From IMG/VR virus record IMGVR_UViG_3300033067_001111, positions 64,001 through 101,517 of that record: a DNA stretch of 37,517 nucleotides; one strand, written 5' to 3'. The position numbers were made by a program, and so were the translations under genes. The stretch is from a virus (taxonomy: Duplodnaviria; Heunggongvirae; Uroviricota; Caudoviricetes). The first letter of the stretch is position 1; each line of letters starts with the position of its first letter. The notes beneath the pieces were generated by a model. That model saw only the letters and a list, made by a program, of their open reading frames with translations, had not been told where the DNA came from and did not search any database. Shown piece after piece: positions 1-8,269 of the stretch.

Positions 1-38
1 AGGCCATTGACGCTGAGTACGAAGTTACAGACGATTAA
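1..38 (+). CDS. 3' end of an upstream gene, truncated by the window edge (...AIDAEYEVTDD*)
   Basis: Open frame from nt 3 to TAA at 36-38. The acidic IDAEYE-type tail is reminiscent of small terminase-like proteins, but only 11 codons are visible. Confidence 0.35.
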   Translation, partial: AIDAEYEVTDD

Positions 39-46
39 CCTCTATT
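39..46 (+). promoter_or_regulatory. CCTCTATT motif, putative phage late promoter
   Basis: Exact copy right after the TAA at 36-38 and 6 nt before GTG 53; GAGG at 48-51. Confidence 0.55.
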
Positions 47-52
47 TGAGGC

Positions 53-832
53 GTGATGCATTTAATTGATTCCTTACTGGGTGGCGCACGGGGCGTCATA
101 GACCAGGGGAACAGCGCGGGTCCCGGCCGCAGTCGATATAGCGACTGGATTAATGCATCTGAGAGCATGGCCGATCACGCGTGGGATGGGCCCATGAACT
201 TGCTGTTTCATCCACGGCGTACAGTACGTGGATTACTGGGCAAACCCCAGCCCCAAAGAGATTGGGGACAGACAGCGCGTAATGCGGGATCCATGGGTAC
301 GAAGTTGGGTGAGGGCGTATACGCCGCAGCATACCGCGGTGTACGCCTGGGTGGCAGCATTATTAACGCGCTGGGTGGTGGCCGGGGAATTGCCACGGGC
401 GTGGGGCTTGCTGGTAGTCAGCTCATTGGCGGCGGTCTCCGAACACTACAGGGCATGGAGCTAGGCGCTCGTTTTATGCTCACAGGCGGTTTTGGTCCCC
501 AGCCGAAGTCCGCGCTTGAAGCCTACCTGCCAGGCTGGAACCGCCATGGGTGGGAAGATATCCGAAAGTATGCGGTGAACCCCCGAATTCCCCGGCGCTA
601 TGTAGGTTTGCAGGTGGCAAGGGGCGTGGGTGCAGCGTTTGAAGAGGCGTTGAACCCCACGATAGCCCCTCCCAGTATGTACGTGGAAGCCGGTGGTGGC
701 ATACGACACCGAAATGACTTGGGGGCCAGCGCTTCCTACGGACAACAGGTTTTGGGACCCAACAGCCTGCTATCTGGATACAATCAGATGAGCCAGGCCC
801 AGAAGATTGCGCTGTTGGATGCGGTGATATAA
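53..832 (+). CDS. Gly/Ala-rich hypothetical protein, possible internal virion/ejection protein
   Basis: 259-aa ORF (GTG 53 or ATG 56) with GAGG upstream; Gly-rich amphipathic stretches; packed against the next ORF. Function is inference only. Confidence 0.75.
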   Translation: MMHLIDSLLGGARGVIDQGNSAGPGRSRYSDWINASESMADHAWDGPMNLLFHPRRTVRGLLGKPQPQRDWGQTARNAGSMGTKLGEGVYAAAYRGVRLGGSIINALGGGRGIATGVGLAGSQLIGGGLRTLQGMELGARFMLTGGFGPQPKSALEAYLPGWNRHGWEDIRKYAVNPRIPRRYVGLQVARGVGAAFEEALNPTIAPPSMYVEAGGGIRHRNDLGASASYGQQVLGPNSLLSGYNQMSQAQKIALLDAVI

Positions 833-833
833 G

Positions 834-1517
834 ATGGCAATAGGTAGAAATCCTAACACAAATTTTGGCCCGAACATTGGTCAGCCTATAGGTACTCCAC
901 GAGCGCCTATAGAATCCCTAGAACCTCTCAGTGTGCCGTGGAGTACTGGGTTCCGTGGTCCGTGGAAGGCCCCTAACACTTTTGGTCAAGGGGGTATGGG
1001 CCGTGCACGCGGTACGGACTGGTCGGCAATGCCCTCAATGGGGTGGAAGGGTGAGGGTGTAATGGCGCCAGTGGGTGTGGGTAAGGGTGGCCCCAATATG
1101 GTAATGGGGGCTTCGCGCTCCACACACTACGGTAGCCGTACTGCAATCCAGAGTTCACCATTGGGCCGAAGTCCTCACTATGGTGGCCGTACGGGTTTGG
1201 GCAGTGCGGTAAAGAACATGGGCGAGCGCGACACCAATATTATCAGCAGTATGTTTACTCATCGCCAAGCACAATGGTCTGGTGTAGGCCTTATGGGCGT
1301 GGGTGCCATCAGCGCTGTACAGAATGCGCGGGATGGCCGTTATGGCCGTGCGGCGCTGGGTGCGGGTGTGGCGGGCGCTGGTTACTACATGTATAAGAAT
1401 CCGCATTTGGCGGCGAACATGGCCAATAAGTTACTGAGCAGAACGGGTGGAGCCCAGACCAAGCTCGTGGGATTGGCTAAGAGTGCTGCGACTGCAGCTA
1501 AGGGCGTGTTGGCTTGA
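834..1517 (+). CDS. Gly-rich basic hypothetical protein with a C-terminal glycine-zipper-like hydrophobic hairpin
   Basis: 227-aa ORF starting 1 nt after the upstream stop; few acidic residues; segments SGVGLMGVGAISAV and AALGAGVAGAGYYMY. Confidence 0.75.
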   Translation: MAIGRNPNTNFGPNIGQPIGTPRAPIESLEPLSVPWSTGFRGPWKAPNTFGQGGMGRARGTDWSAMPSMGWKGEGVMAPVGVGKGGPNMVMGASRSTHYGSRTAIQSSPLGRSPHYGGRTGLGSAVKNMGERDTNIISSMFTHRQAQWSGVGLMGVGAISAVQNARDGRYGRAALGAGVAGAGYYMYKNPHLAANMANKLLSRTGGAQTKLVGLAKSAATAAKGVLA

Positions 1518-2020
1518 GTTTATTTGATAACATAAGTTCTGTGGTGAAGGGCATGGGCCAGGGACTGGGCCGCATGAAAATGAATCTGGTTAACCCCGCG
1601 CTCAAGGGGCACGGTGGAGACATGCTAAAGGCCAGTACTCACCTGAAATTTCAGGGGCTGTTCTTAGCCCATACCCTGTTTTTCTCCCGGGGAACACCTG
1701 AGGAGAAGATGCATACGGCTGCTAATCAGATTGGTATCTTCCTGATGACCGCGGGTATGAAAAGTGGCTGGCGTCAAGCTTTTTGGCAGTCGGCCTTGGC
1801 CATTGCCCCACATCTTCCTGATGCAGGTCGTGGACTGGTGCAGGGTTATCGTGGCGTGCTTGAAGCCCGGACCATGGCCAGTGTACCATTCTCCTACAGT
1901 ACGCTGAACATGGACCAGGCTTATAGCAGCATGCAATATGCGCAGAGTCAGATGCAAGATTCTAACAGCATACTTGGGGGCGAAGCAGCGTTTATGGCAG
2001 CTCGATATATGACTCGGTAA
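1514..2020 (+). CDS. Hypothetical protein with hydrophobic segments, possible virion protein
   Basis: 168-aa ORF; TTG start overlaps the upstream TGA (start uncertain, in-frame ATGs follow); hydrophobic FQGLFLAHTLFF and QIGIFLMTAG. Confidence 0.7.
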   Translation: MSLFDNISSVVKGMGQGLGRMKMNLVNPALKGHGGDMLKASTHLKFQGLFLAHTLFFSRGTPEEKMHTAANQIGIFLMTAGMKSGWRQAFWQSALAIAPHLPDAGRGLVQGYRGVLEARTMASVPFSYSTLNMDQAYSSMQYAQSQMQDSNSILGGEAAFMAARYMTR

Positions 2021-2026
2021 CACCCT

Positions 2027-2053
2027 CTCTATTAACCTGACAACAAGGTTAAT
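2027..2053 (+). promoter_or_regulatory. CTCTATT motif overlapping an 8-bp hairpin that covers the terminase RBS
   Basis: CTCTATT at 2027-2033; ATTAACCT (2031-2038) pairs perfectly with AGGTTAAT (2046-2053) around loop GACAACA; ATG at 2056. Confidence 0.55.
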
Positions 2054-2055
2054 GT

Positions 2056-4551
2056 ATGAGTAGTTATTTCGACGATTTGTCGCCCGAGGATAAAGCGCGA
2101 TTATGGCGCATGATGAGTACCCCTCTGGGTTTTGCCCAGAACCTGGTGATAGATTACGAGAATCGGGATAAGGGCAAGTTTGTACCCAACTATCCCCAGA
2201 TACAGATCATGAGCAGTACTAAGCTCGTTAAGTGGATCTGTATTCACCGGCGTGGTGGAAAATGTCTGCTGGGTGACAGCATGATTATTCCGTCTGATAC
2301 GTTACGGCCCACCCCCCTGGCATTTGCCCAGCGAACGGATAAGACGTTAACCTTTGACTTCAAGGCCAATAAACTAGTTTGGTCCAATGCCCACTGGATT
2401 CGTTCGGGGGAAAAGAAGTGCTTACGCCTGTATTTTGGTACGGGTGTTAGTCAGGGTCTGAGCACAGACCACCTGTTGTTTGTTCATAACAAGGGATGGG
2501 TTCCCGCCCAGGATGTGAGGGTTGGGGATAAGGTACTGGCCCCCAGTGAGATTCCGGTATTCGGTGACCAGGAAATAGACTTGGAAGAAGCACGGAACCT
2601 GGTGATGTCCACTGTGGACGACAAACGGGTACCAGACAAGGTATTTATACTGTCGCGACCCAGTCTTCAACTGTATGTTAAGACCTTGTGGGATACGCAG
2701 GGCAGATCTATCCCCAATTTTGACTGCCTGTGCATTATGCTTTACGACCAGGGCGTTGCCCTGGATCTCCACCACTTACTTCTGCGGTTTGGGATAGAGA
2801 GCCGAGTGAGTGAGGATCGCAATCTGTTTGTAGACGATCACCTGGATCAGAGTGTTTTTCTGAACTTGGTGGGAGTCCCCTACGCCCAGTACGATGTTCG
2901 GGCTGCACGCCGATGGGAAATCGTAATCCAGATTCGATCTATTGGTATGCAAGAGGTCTACGACCTGCAGGTAGAACACCCCGACCATAATTTTGTGTCC
3001 AATGACATTGTGGTACACAATAGCCACGCACTCAGTTTGTTGGCTCTGTACTATGCTATCACGCAAGATGATAAGCGGATTATGTACTTTACACCCAGTG
3101 CTCCACAGCTGGAAGAGGTTTTTAACGAGAAGATCAATGGATGGATCGGAGCCAATCCCCTAATCGCTGACATGATTGATCCAGCGGGTATTAACAGAAA
3201 TACACCGAACCCGCAACGTACGTTCAAGAATGGAAGTAGCATTCAGGGCTATATCCTGGGTACCAAGGAAGGCGCCCAGGAAGGTAAGCGTGGTTTGACC
3301 ACGGACATCTTGTTCCTGGATGAGGCACAAGAGTATTCCACTAGCGACTGGGCTGTTGTCGGCGCTATCATGGGTGGTGACAGTAAGCGGCGTGCGGCGG
3401 GTGGTGTTCCCACGTACATTGCGGGTACTATTCGCCAGCCTGATGGTCACTTCTTCAACAAGATCAAGAAGTACGAGCTGGACGTAAACGAAGAGCGGAT
3501 TTTCATCCCCATCACAGAGAACAAGGATGAAACCCCTGAGTCCATTGCCAAACTCAAAGCAGGTCAGCCACCAGAAATCTGGAACAATGAATGGCTGCTG
3601 GAGTTGGGTGACGAGGAAAACACGGTCTTCCCCAAGGATGATGTGTTGGCCGCCAGTCAAATGGTTTGGGAATATGGTACAGAGCGTATTGGTTGGAGTC
3701 CAGTGCGTGGTACCAGTGATGAGTACGTGAGATTTATTGGTGTGGACTGGGACCGGGTTGGTGCTGGTACGAACATCGCCGTAGTCCAATACGACCCACT
3801 TACCAAGCAAATGTGGACCATTGATCGGATTGAGGTACCACGCGGTGAGTTCACATACATGTTGGCTTGTGAGCAACTGTTTGAGCTCTACGATCTGTAT
3901 AAGCCGTTGTTGATTATTTCGGATGCGGGTGCGGGCGACATGCAGTGGCAGTACCTGTATACGGAGAGCGGAAATCGGGGTATGTTTGACCTCCAGCAGC
4001 GGGTGCAGAAAGTAAGTCTAGGATCCAAGGTGGAGATGATGGATCCGCAGACTGGGGACCTGGAAAAGAAGTTCATCAAACCCGTGCTCGTCGGACTCCT
4101 GCAGAAGAAATTGCAGGAAAGACAGTGGTTCTTTCCCGGACACGATGAGATCCTCAAGATGCAGATGTTGACGTATAAGAAAGTACGTGAAACACTGAAC
4201 ACTGTGGTTTTCAGCTCTAAGAACGAACACGTTATTGACTGTCATATGTTTGCCATGTACGGTATCTGGCAGCTGTTTGAGAATCCTATGCGACAGGATA
4301 CTGATTCCCTTCTGGCTTTCCGCCAACTGGGTGTTGATAAACTAAGCTTCCAGGATGAATCTCAAATTAACAGCTTCTGGCAGAGTATCAATGGAGAACG
4401 AAATCCTGTAATGGGTCAGCGTAGCGCGCTGTGGGGTGCGGACTCCGCTAACTTGCCACCAGACGTAGAGCGCAGATCAGCATATGATATTGAGATAACG
4501 GATAGATTAGGAGGCCGGACTCAAGACCTGGGTCGTTGGCTACAAGACTAA
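2056..4551 (+). CDS. terL: Terminase large subunit, intein-containing (about 578 aa after splicing)
   Basis: Spliced Walker A IHRRGGK|SHAL, Walker B ILFLDEAQ, motif-C-like IAGT, RNase H-like nuclease FIGVDWD...IISDAG...EHVID; lies upstream of portal. Confidence 0.93.
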   Translation: MSSYFDDLSPEDKARLWRMMSTPLGFAQNLVIDYENRDKGKFVPNYPQIQIMSSTKLVKWICIHRRGGKCLLGDSMIIPSDTLRPTPLAFAQRTDKTLTFDFKANKLVWSNAHWIRSGEKKCLRLYFGTGVSQGLSTDHLLFVHNKGWVPAQDVRVGDKVLAPSEIPVFGDQEIDLEEARNLVMSTVDDKRVPDKVFILSRPSLQLYVKTLWDTQGRSIPNFDCLCIMLYDQGVALDLHHLLLRFGIESRVSEDRNLFVDDHLDQSVFLNLVGVPYAQYDVRAARRWEIVIQIRSIGMQEVYDLQVEHPDHNFVSNDIVVHNSHALSLLALYYAITQDDKRIMYFTPSAPQLEEVFNEKINGWIGANPLIADMIDPAGINRNTPNPQRTFKNGSSIQGYILGTKEGAQEGKRGLTTDILFLDEAQEYSTSDWAVVGAIMGGDSKRRAAGGVPTYIAGTIRQPDGHFFNKIKKYELDVNEERIFIPITENKDETPESIAKLKAGQPPEIWNNEWLLELGDEENTVFPKDDVLAASQMVWEYGTERIGWSPVRGTSDEYVRFIGVDWDRVGAGTNIAVVQYDPLTKQMWTIDRIEVPRGEFTYMLACEQLFELYDLYKPLLIISDAGAGDMQWQYLYTESGNRGMFDLQQRVQKVSLGSKVEMMDPQTGDLEKKFIKPVLVGLLQKKLQERQWFFPGHDEILKMQMLTYKKVRETLNTVVFSSKNEHVIDCHMFAMYGIWQLFENPMRQDTDSLLAFRQLGVDKLSFQDESQINSFWQSINGERNPVMGQRSALWGADSANLPPDVERRSAYDIEITDRLGGRTQDLGRWLQD
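2263..3021 (+). mobile_element. Intein (253 aa, class 1) with a degenerate LAGLIDADG remnant
   Basis: Block A CLLGDS (TGT at 2263), block B STDH, blocks F/G VYDLQVEHPDHNFVSNDIVVHN, then +1 Ser (AGC 3022). Internal YVKTLWDTQG and LHHLLLRFGIES resemble LAGLIDADG blocks E and H. Confidence 0.92.
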
Positions 4552-5855
4552 TGAGCTTCAAACAATTACTGGGCAGACGTCAGATCAAGAAGAAGGTTGA
4601 TGAGGGGATGGGGGATACGCCATTAGTGCGTATCCCTGAGGTACAGGCCTTATACCAGGAGACACCCACCACCTTTTCCCAGTTAACTGAGGACTTGGTG
4701 AGTGCGGCGACTGAAGTAGCTAAGTTGGCTATGGACACGATCACGGAGTTGGAGAACACATTCCAGGACGTCCCAGTATTTGCTGCCCTTGCCCAGGAGC
4801 TCAGATCATCAGCCTTTGACCCCACTCTTCTGGATCAAAACCCAGATTACGTACCACCCGTAAACTTGTCAACCAGCCAGATGGCTAGTCTACAGCAACA
4901 GGTTTACGAACAGATGTCTGATCCGCGGGCACCCTTCCTCTGGGATTTGTGGAATATCTTTCAGGAACTGACAATAACCATTTGGGCTGTTCGCAAAGGT
5001 TGGCGCTCACTTGAAGACGTGGTAAACAAGTTATTTGGTGTTAAGTTGAAGACGGGAGAAAATGTGCATCTCCCACAGCCCGAGCCCACAAACAGTTTAC
5101 GACGAGCCCATTTCATGGATTTGGAGCGCGTACGTCGGCTGAAGTTTGAAGTGGAACGTATTAAGCACAAAGCACACCAGCAGTTGTCCAAGACCTTTAT
5201 GGATACTATGGGTTTGACCCTTGCCGACTACCAGCTGAACCCCAATACGGAGAGTGTTGAATCCATTCTAAATATCATGGAGTTGTTGCTCAAAGACCAG
5301 TTATTGGAGTTGAGTGATGACCACCAACGATTCATGAACTCTGTGAACGGTCATTATGGTGAATGGCGAGATTATGCCAGTCAAAAACTAAGCTTGTTGC
5401 TGCCCCACTCAGTTCTGAGCTCCACAATGAACCCAATCATTAACTTCACACTGTTGCTGGATCAGATTGGGGATCGAGAGGATTTGCAGGTACAGGATTT
5501 CAGACAACAGCTGGAGACAGCGTTGTACACACATACACTTAAGGTGGAAGAAGACATGTTAGCCAGGGAGGGTGCGGCCATCGACCACGCACGAGATTTG
5601 TTGCATTCCAATGTGGAAAAGGCAGGATTGTTGAAGCAGTACATTGAAAGTGTTAGGGCTGGTCAACACCTGTCTCAAGGCCAGGCCCTTGGCGCCCACG
5701 ACCTCACGGATGTTGGCACTCAGGCCAAGAAATTCAGTGATTCTATCAAGAGCGCTGTTAGGTCATTCCACAGTTCAAAGGTAACGGACTTCCTGTCCGT
5801 GGTGAGTAATGTTCAAAGACTATTGGATTCAATCGGTATTGGAAAAAGGCCGTAG
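4551..5855 (+). CDS. Hypothetical alpha-helical protein between terminase and portal (434 aa from ATG 4551)
   Basis: ATG overlaps the terminase TAA (TAATG); the ORF track extends it to TTG 4536; Leu/Gln/Glu-rich with no recognised motif. Confidence 0.8.
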   Translation: MSFKQLLGRRQIKKKVDEGMGDTPLVRIPEVQALYQETPTTFSQLTEDLVSAATEVAKLAMDTITELENTFQDVPVFAALAQELRSSAFDPTLLDQNPDYVPPVNLSTSQMASLQQQVYEQMSDPRAPFLWDLWNIFQELTITIWAVRKGWRSLEDVVNKLFGVKLKTGENVHLPQPEPTNSLRRAHFMDLERVRRLKFEVERIKHKAHQQLSKTFMDTMGLTLADYQLNPNTESVESILNIMELLLKDQLLELSDDHQRFMNSVNGHYGEWRDYASQKLSLLLPHSVLSSTMNPIINFTLLLDQIGDREDLQVQDFRQQLETALYTHTLKVEEDMLAREGAAIDHARDLLHSNVEKAGLLKQYIESVRAGQHLSQGQALGAHDLTDVGTQAKKFSDSIKSAVRSFHSSKVTDFLSVVSNVQRLLDSIGIGKRP

Positions 5856-5895
5856 ATGGCTAATTGTTACACTGCAGCATTTGGTGTATTGCCTA

Positions 5896-6321
5896 ATGCG
5901 GCGAGATAATGACCGGGAGCATGCTCTGCGTTTGGCAGCAATCCGGCAGTTTATTTACTACGAACTGCCGTTGTTTATCAACCAGGAAGTGACATCGGTC
6001 ATTGAGGGTGGAAAATACAACTATTTCACACTGCCATCAGGTGATTTACCACGCTATGACTTTGTACTTCCCCAACTCGGCCTCTATGTTTATGTCCCTA
6101 ATGTGACGTCAGCGGACTGGGAAGAAGCGCGTCAGCGAGGTATTTCCCGAGATCTTTGGGAGTATGCGCAGCAGGACATTGACATGATGAGGGAATCTAT
6201 GGACAAGATTGAGTTTCAGGGAGAATATCCACTTCCACCCCGACTTGTCATCATACCATGGACTATGCCTGTTAATAAGCTGGCCTTGGTCCAGCAATTC
6301 AAGCTCTCACTGAGTAAGTAA
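5896..6321 (+). CDS. Vsr/DUF559-like PD-(D/E)XK-fold protein, probably catalytically degenerate
   Basis: RYDFVLPQLGLYVYV...QQD...RLVIIPW follows the DUF559 pattern but lacks the catalytic Glu. Start uncertain (ATG 5896 chosen; the ORF is open from 5809). Confidence 0.55.
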   Translation: MRRDNDREHALRLAAIRQFIYYELPLFINQEVTSVIEGGKYNYFTLPSGDLPRYDFVLPQLGLYVYVPNVTSADWEEARQRGISRDLWEYAQQDIDMMRESMDKIEFQGEYPLPPRLVIIPWTMPVNKLALVQQFKLSLSK

Positions 6322-6323
6322 TT

Positions 6324-7982
6324 ATGGAACAACGTACAACGTACAAAGCAGGATTTACGTTCAATCAAATGCGGATTGATGAGCGGATTGTCCAGATCAG
6401 CGCACCAATGCTGTCTACGGACAGAAGTGCGTTGGGCGGGGGCAATATCAGTAAGAAGAACCAAGCTCTTCGTGAACTTGGGCGAAAGGCTGATATGGCG
6501 TATACATTTGACGGTATTGTACGAAACACCGTAGATCAGTACGTAGAGAACTTCAGAGATTTCTCGTTCAAGACCCAGAACGAAGCTGCTAGAAAGTATT
6601 TGGAAAAGAGACTCAATCTGATGAGTCTGCGCATGGGTCAGGATTGGAAGACTTTCTTCTCCCGAACCATCTTGGAGTACTTCAAGGCTGGTATGGGCTG
6701 TATAATCAAGATCCGTGGGGATGATGTTAATGCCCAGCGACCCCTGTACAGTGATAAGCCACTGCCCATTGTCAGCCTACAACTGATTTCTGTCGTTCGC
6801 ATTGAACCCAAAATTCTGAAGAACGGCGATGTGCTGGGTTGGAAACTAGCTGACAGCGAGCCACAGAGTACTGGGAAGTTGAAGCGCATGACAATTATGC
6901 GTGGATCTAAGTACCTGAACAAAGATCTGGCACTGGTACAGAGACAGACCTCACCCAACGCCCAGGATAACGTGCTGGTGGAGAACGTTGACCTGACTTT
7001 TGTGCGTCACGCCCACAGTGCAGATATGCACTATGGTCAGGGTCTGACGTTCAGCGGTATGGAAGATATTGCACTTCTCCGTACGATTGAGGGTAATACC
7101 AGCGTCATGATCAAGAAGTATAGCATGCCGTTGCTTCACCACACTATCAAGAGAATGACGGGTCCTGCTGGTGGTTTCCAATCAGAGATTGACAGAAACA
7201 TCCAGATGCATGCGCATGGAGCGCCTGAGGGTGTTATCGTCACGGGTGATAACCACGAGATTAAGGCTGTTGGTGCCGAGAGCCAGGCTCTGCGCGTAGA
7301 AGGCTATCTTGAGTACTTTAGTAGCCGAGCGTGTGTGGGTGCGGGTGGTAGCAGTGAACTGCTTGGTATGCGGGGTAATGCATCGGCCGCAGCGTACACG
7401 GCTGCAACCGAGCGCCTCATGCGACGAATTCGGTTCTGCCAGGATGAGATTGCACGCCAACTTCAGTTTGATTTGCTCTGGGAACTGTTGTATGAGGGTG
7501 GATTCAATCCCTACGAGAAGGAAGAGGACCGAGTATTCCTGGAGTTTGTGGCCATTGACGAAGATAATCAGATCAAGCTGCAGACGCACGCAGCGGACTT
7601 GCATACCAAGAACCTGATTGATCACGACCAGGCTATGGACATCATGCAGGGTAATATGCAGGGAGCACTGCGCAGAAAGCCCAGTGAGAATAAGATGCAT
7701 GTTAATCGTGTACAGATTCCTGTGAAGAAGGCTGGTCCACCAAAACCCGGGGTGCCTAAGAAGAAAAAGGCGAAGCCCAAAAGCAGAAAGGAGTTCATAC
7801 AGCAGTTAGATGGATACTGGCCAGAATCGGCTAAGGATATTCCTGGCTTTCTGTATGTATTGACCAACCTCTATTCTCTTGAGAATACAACCACTGAGGC
7901 GTGGGAAGAACCTCTATCATTGTTGTGTGAGGACCAGCAGGCGCTGGTTGATTTCCTGTACCCACAGCTGGCTGATAGCTAA
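6324..7982 (+). CDS. Portal protein
   Basis: 552 aa between terminase and protease; portal-like segments DGIVRNTVDQYVE, YFKAGMGCIIKIRG, YGQGLTFSGMEDI, GVIVTGDNHEIKAVG, IRFCQDEIARQL. Confidence 0.88.
   Translation: MEQRTTYKAGFTFNQMRIDERIVQISAPMLSTDRSALGGGNISKKNQALRELGRKADMAYTFDGIVRNTVDQYVENFRDFSFKTQNEAARKYLEKRLNLMSLRMGQDWKTFFSRTILEYFKAGMGCIIKIRGDDVNAQRPLYSDKPLPIVSLQLISVVRIEPKILKNGDVLGWKLADSEPQSTGKLKRMTIMRGSKYLNKDLALVQRQTSPNAQDNVLVENVDLTFVRHAHSADMHYGQGLTFSGMEDIALLRTIEGNTSVMIKKYSMPLLHHTIKRMTGPAGGFQSEIDRNIQMHAHGAPEGVIVTGDNHEIKAVGAESQALRVEGYLEYFSSRACVGAGGSSELLGMRGNASAAAYTAATERLMRRIRFCQDEIARQLQFDLLWELLYEGGFNPYEKEEDRVFLEFVAIDEDNQIKLQTHAADLHTKNLIDHDQAMDIMQGNMQGALRRKPSENKMHVNRVQIPVKKAGPPKPGVPKKKKAKPKSRKEFIQQLDGYWPESAKDIPGFLYVLTNLYSLENTTTEAWEEPLSLLCEDQQALVDFLYPQLADS
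7868..7875 (+). promoter_or_regulatory. CCTCTATT motif within the portal 3' end, possible promoter for the 8006/8269 genes
   Basis: Exact copy about 130 nt upstream of ATG 8006. It lies in coding sequence, so it could be chance. Confidence 0.35.
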
Positions 7983-8005
7983 GTAAGCAGGAGGCCCAAA
8001 CTACT

Positions 8006-8269
8006 ATGCTTGTTGAATACGGAAAACTCAAGATGTTTCTTGTGACGTTACAGGGTGTACTGACCCCGTTCAGTATGCCTGTAGCAGATGGCTTACCGCA
8101 CTGGTTGCGGTTTGCAGCACAGTGCCTACAGGGTGGTTCTGTTGCCTTATTCATGTATCTGCTAAAACCTGCTTCCCAACTCCAGCCCAAGGATATTCTG
8201 GATCAGTTGCAACCAACGGATCCAGATGTTGTTGAGGAACCACCAGCAGTGGAGGGAAAGACTAAGTAA
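8006..8269 (+). CDS. Small membrane protein with two hydrophobic segments and an acidic tail (holin-like topology)
   Basis: 87 aa; MFLVTLQGVLTPF and FAAQCLQGGSVALFMYLL; stop overlaps the next ATG (TAATG). Confidence 0.6.
   Translation: MLVEYGKLKMFLVTLQGVLTPFSMPVADGLPHWLRFAAQCLQGGSVALFMYLLKPASQLQPKDILDQLQPTDPDVVEEPPAVEGKTK

Noticed and set aside
39-48. Treating CCTCTATT as an ordinary host -10 box (TANNNT)
   Set aside because: The last T of TANNNT is absent at most copies (TATTTG, TATTAA, TATTGA, TATTTA), and the conserved part extends upstream (CCTC).
5856-5909. 17-codon ORF starting right after the TAG of the 4551 gene and overlapping ATG 5896
   Set aside because: Could relay translational coupling, but it is too short to support and has no independent evidence.
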